Source: Chthonomonadales bacterium (lineage in GTDB: Bacteria; Armatimonadota; Chthonomonadetes; Chthonomonadales; Chthonomonadaceae). From it: a stretch of DNA of 32,497 bases. The notes beneath the pieces are model-generated. The model made no database searches. It was given only the letters and a program-made list of their open reading frames with translations, and had not been told where the DNA came from. Shown piece by piece: positions 30,847 to 32,497 of the stretch. The DNA is taken from contig JBBQPO010000029.1 in assembly GCA_038217285.1 (NCBI GenBank), positions 1-32,497 on the forward strand. The letters are read 5' to 3'. Every line of letters begins with the position of its first letter. Position 1 is the stretch's first letter. Made by a program: the position numbers and the translations under genes.

Positions 30847-31308
30847 CCTGCTGGGTGGATTGGCAAGTGGAGCGGCCTATTGAAAGAGAAGAGCAATAAA
30901 GAGCATATGCTTCTCTGGCAGTAACTTCGCCTTCCCATGCCCTCTTTTCCTGCATTCGTAATCAGGAGCTCAGCGTGAGAGTAAGAGGTATCAGCTTTTT
31001 CAAATCGTGCCGTCGGGGAGGAGAGACCGATCTGTCGGTGAATTATACGTCAGCATAAGAGCTGTTTCCCGACTTCTGATTACTCCGCCGCATCCCGTGC
31101 ATACCAGAGCATCCAGTGATCTTCATTTGGCACTGTTCAGTCTACCTATACAAGCGCTTCTCGTGCTACCCACATGAATCAGGTGTCGGAGCTGTTGGAC
31201 GGCGAGGAGCAACTCAGGATATTCTTTTCGCCGCCTGAAGAAGTGAAGATCGTCCCCGTCTCAGGCATGACCGCAAGAAATATTTCTGTCCGAAATGGCA
31301 CTTTACCC

Positions 31309-31336
31309 TTGACAAAGCCACTATATGTGGTACTAT
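31309..31336 (+). promoter_or_regulatory. Promoter of the hicA-hicB-secB-like operon with a palindrome in the spacer
   Basis: TTGACA(31309-31314)-16 nt-TACTAT(31331-31336) with extended TG; CCAC-TATAT-GTGG at 31318-31330. Confidence 0.65.
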
Positions 31337-31346
31337 GGAGTAGACA

Positions 31347-31631
31347 TTGATAAAAGCCGAAAAACTACTTTCGCGATGGTTACAAAATGTGCCGAATGAT
31401 GGTGTTCCCTGCGAGGATGCTGTTCTCGTTATGGAGAATTTGGGCATGACGGTAACCACTGACGGCCAGAACCATAAGTTTGCTCGCCACCCAAAACTGA
31501 TCGGTTCGAGCAGCTATCCAACAGGCAGTTTTCGGGTGAACTGCCACTACAAGGGCAAGCAAGGTGTCGCACATCCTGCGGCTGTACGCGACATAGTCAA
31601 AGCAGCCAAGATTATCCAAGTCGAAGAGTGA
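31347..31631 (+). CDS. HicA-like mRNA interferase toxin (divergent)
   Basis: 94 aa; KAEKLLSRW...MENLGM...GQNHKFARHP...H pattern (GSH-like His); directly upstream of HicB; TTG start. Confidence 0.72.
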   Translation: MIKAEKLLSRWLQNVPNDGVPCEDAVLVMENLGMTVTTDGQNHKFARHPKLIGSSSYPTGSFRVNCHYKGKQGVAHPAAVRDIVKAAKIIQVEE

Positions 31632-31635
31632 AATC

Positions 31636-32193
31636 ATGAAGAACGAACAGACAATTAACGCCTATTCCATGCAGGTGAAACCCCTTTTAGAAGAAGATGG
31701 AGGGGGGTTTGAGGCCCTATTCCCTCAACTTGTCCGCAGCCTTGTGGGCTATGGTGAAACACAGCAAGAAGCCGTAGAGGATCTGCTTTCGGCTGTGCCT
31801 ACGTTTCTGCAAGTCATGGAGGAAAGCAAACAGAACCTGCCTGCTCCCGAAGGCCCCAAAACATGGGATGAGTTCAGCGGCAAGTTCAATGTTCGCGTTC
31901 CTAAAATGCTGCATGCCAAATTGGTGCGCCTTGCGGATGAGCAGGGTGTCAGCTTGAATTCTCTTGTCCAGACAGTATTAATGTCAGGGGCAACTGCGTT
32001 GGAAGCTGGACACGAGTTCGGTGCGCTTGTAGACGCAGAACCTCAACAACTAGAGTTGCCGCGCTACGACTGGCATTCCCACGGGGCGCTGGGAACAGTG
32101 CCCCATCTCTTGAGACTGGAAAACTGTCAAGAATACGCCCCTCTCGAAAAGGAGCATAACCCCGATAATTGGAAAATGGCGGTTGGAGACTGA
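31636..32193 (+). CDS. HicB family antitoxin (RHH type) with a ~65-aa C-terminal extension
   Basis: EEDGGGFEALFPQL...GYGETQQEA, FSGKFNVRVPKMLHAKL...EQGVSLNSL. Confidence 0.9.
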   Translation: MKNEQTINAYSMQVKPLLEEDGGGFEALFPQLVRSLVGYGETQQEAVEDLLSAVPTFLQVMEESKQNLPAPEGPKTWDEFSGKFNVRVPKMLHAKLVRLADEQGVSLNSLVQTVLMSGATALEAGHEFGALVDAEPQQLELPRYDWHSHGALGTVPHLLRLENCQEYAPLEKEHNPDNWKMAVGD

Positions 32194-32194
32194 G

Positions 32195-32497
32195 ATGGCA
32201 AGAGCAAAAAGAGAACCTATCACGCCTGAAGACTACAAGAAAGTCCTGAGCGGGCTGGAAATTGTTCGCATAGACGTTGACGACTATGCTGGTAAAGTGC
32301 TGGATCGGCCTTCGCTATCTGCGAAAGACAAAAAGCGAACAGTACACCTGACGGATAAATCTCGCTTTGAGATCATCGAGGGCGGTGATGCAATCATTTG
32401 GCACGCCTATAATATCGTCGTGACCCTGAATGAAGACGCAGCGGCCATAAAGCTCCTAACGTTGTCGGTAGAGTTCCGCGTGCAGTATGCCAGTCCG
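32195..32497 (+). CDS. Putative SecB-like chaperone, partial (runs off window)
   Basis: ATG 1 nt after the hicB stop with GGAG RBS; 101 open codons MARAKREPITPEDYKKVLSGLEIVRIDVDDYAGKV...AIIWHAYNIVVT...LLTLSVEFRVQYASP with a four-strand alternating pattern like SecB. Confidence 0.68.
   Translation, partial: MARAKREPITPEDYKKVLSGLEIVRIDVDDYAGKVLDRPSLSAKDKKRTVHLTDKSRFEIIEGGDAIIWHAYNIVVTLNEDAAAIKLLTLSVEFRVQYASP

Noticed and set aside
30847-31260. ZTP or THF riboswitch upstream of fhs
   Set aside because: Plausible by context, but I could not find the ZTP GCCUGGG pseudoknot or the THF core on the minus strand; cmscan would settle it.
31174-31350. 58-codon ORF overlapping the hicA start
   Set aside because: No RBS or recognisable motif, and it runs through the promoter.

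Overview
GC-rich bacterial chromosomal window. The prepilin/H-X9-DG protein and the LLR-repeat C-terminal tail suggest Armatimonadota (inference). Housekeeping and carbohydrate genes (typA, hemW, fhs, an NRMT-type Nramp transporter, Gfo/Idh/MocA, two carbohydrate O-deacetylases, a GH16-like protein, a Tat-lipoprotein vanadium haloperoxidase) are interleaved with small accessory or defence modules: a dead ISAzo13 end plus a cognate-looking 90-bp MITE, a deletion chimera of a DNA methyltransferase and a Bpu10I-like endonuclease, a Fic gene, a DUF433/DUF5615 TA pair, and an ABC/AAA_21 ATPase with a frameshifted DUF4276-like partner. Two candidates stand out. (1) At the right edge, a HicA-HicB(long tail)-SecB-like toxin-antitoxin-chaperone (TAC) operon, whose third gene is missing from the ORF track. 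(2) A tightly coupled minus-strand operon, PhyH dioxygenase - DUF2617 - membrane protein - 824-aa spermidine-synthase/Gly-rich exported fusion - FemABX-type transferase, which may be an undescribed polyamine-linked envelope-modification system. I saw no rRNA, tRNA or CRISPR array. All family calls come from motif recognition by eye, not from database searches.
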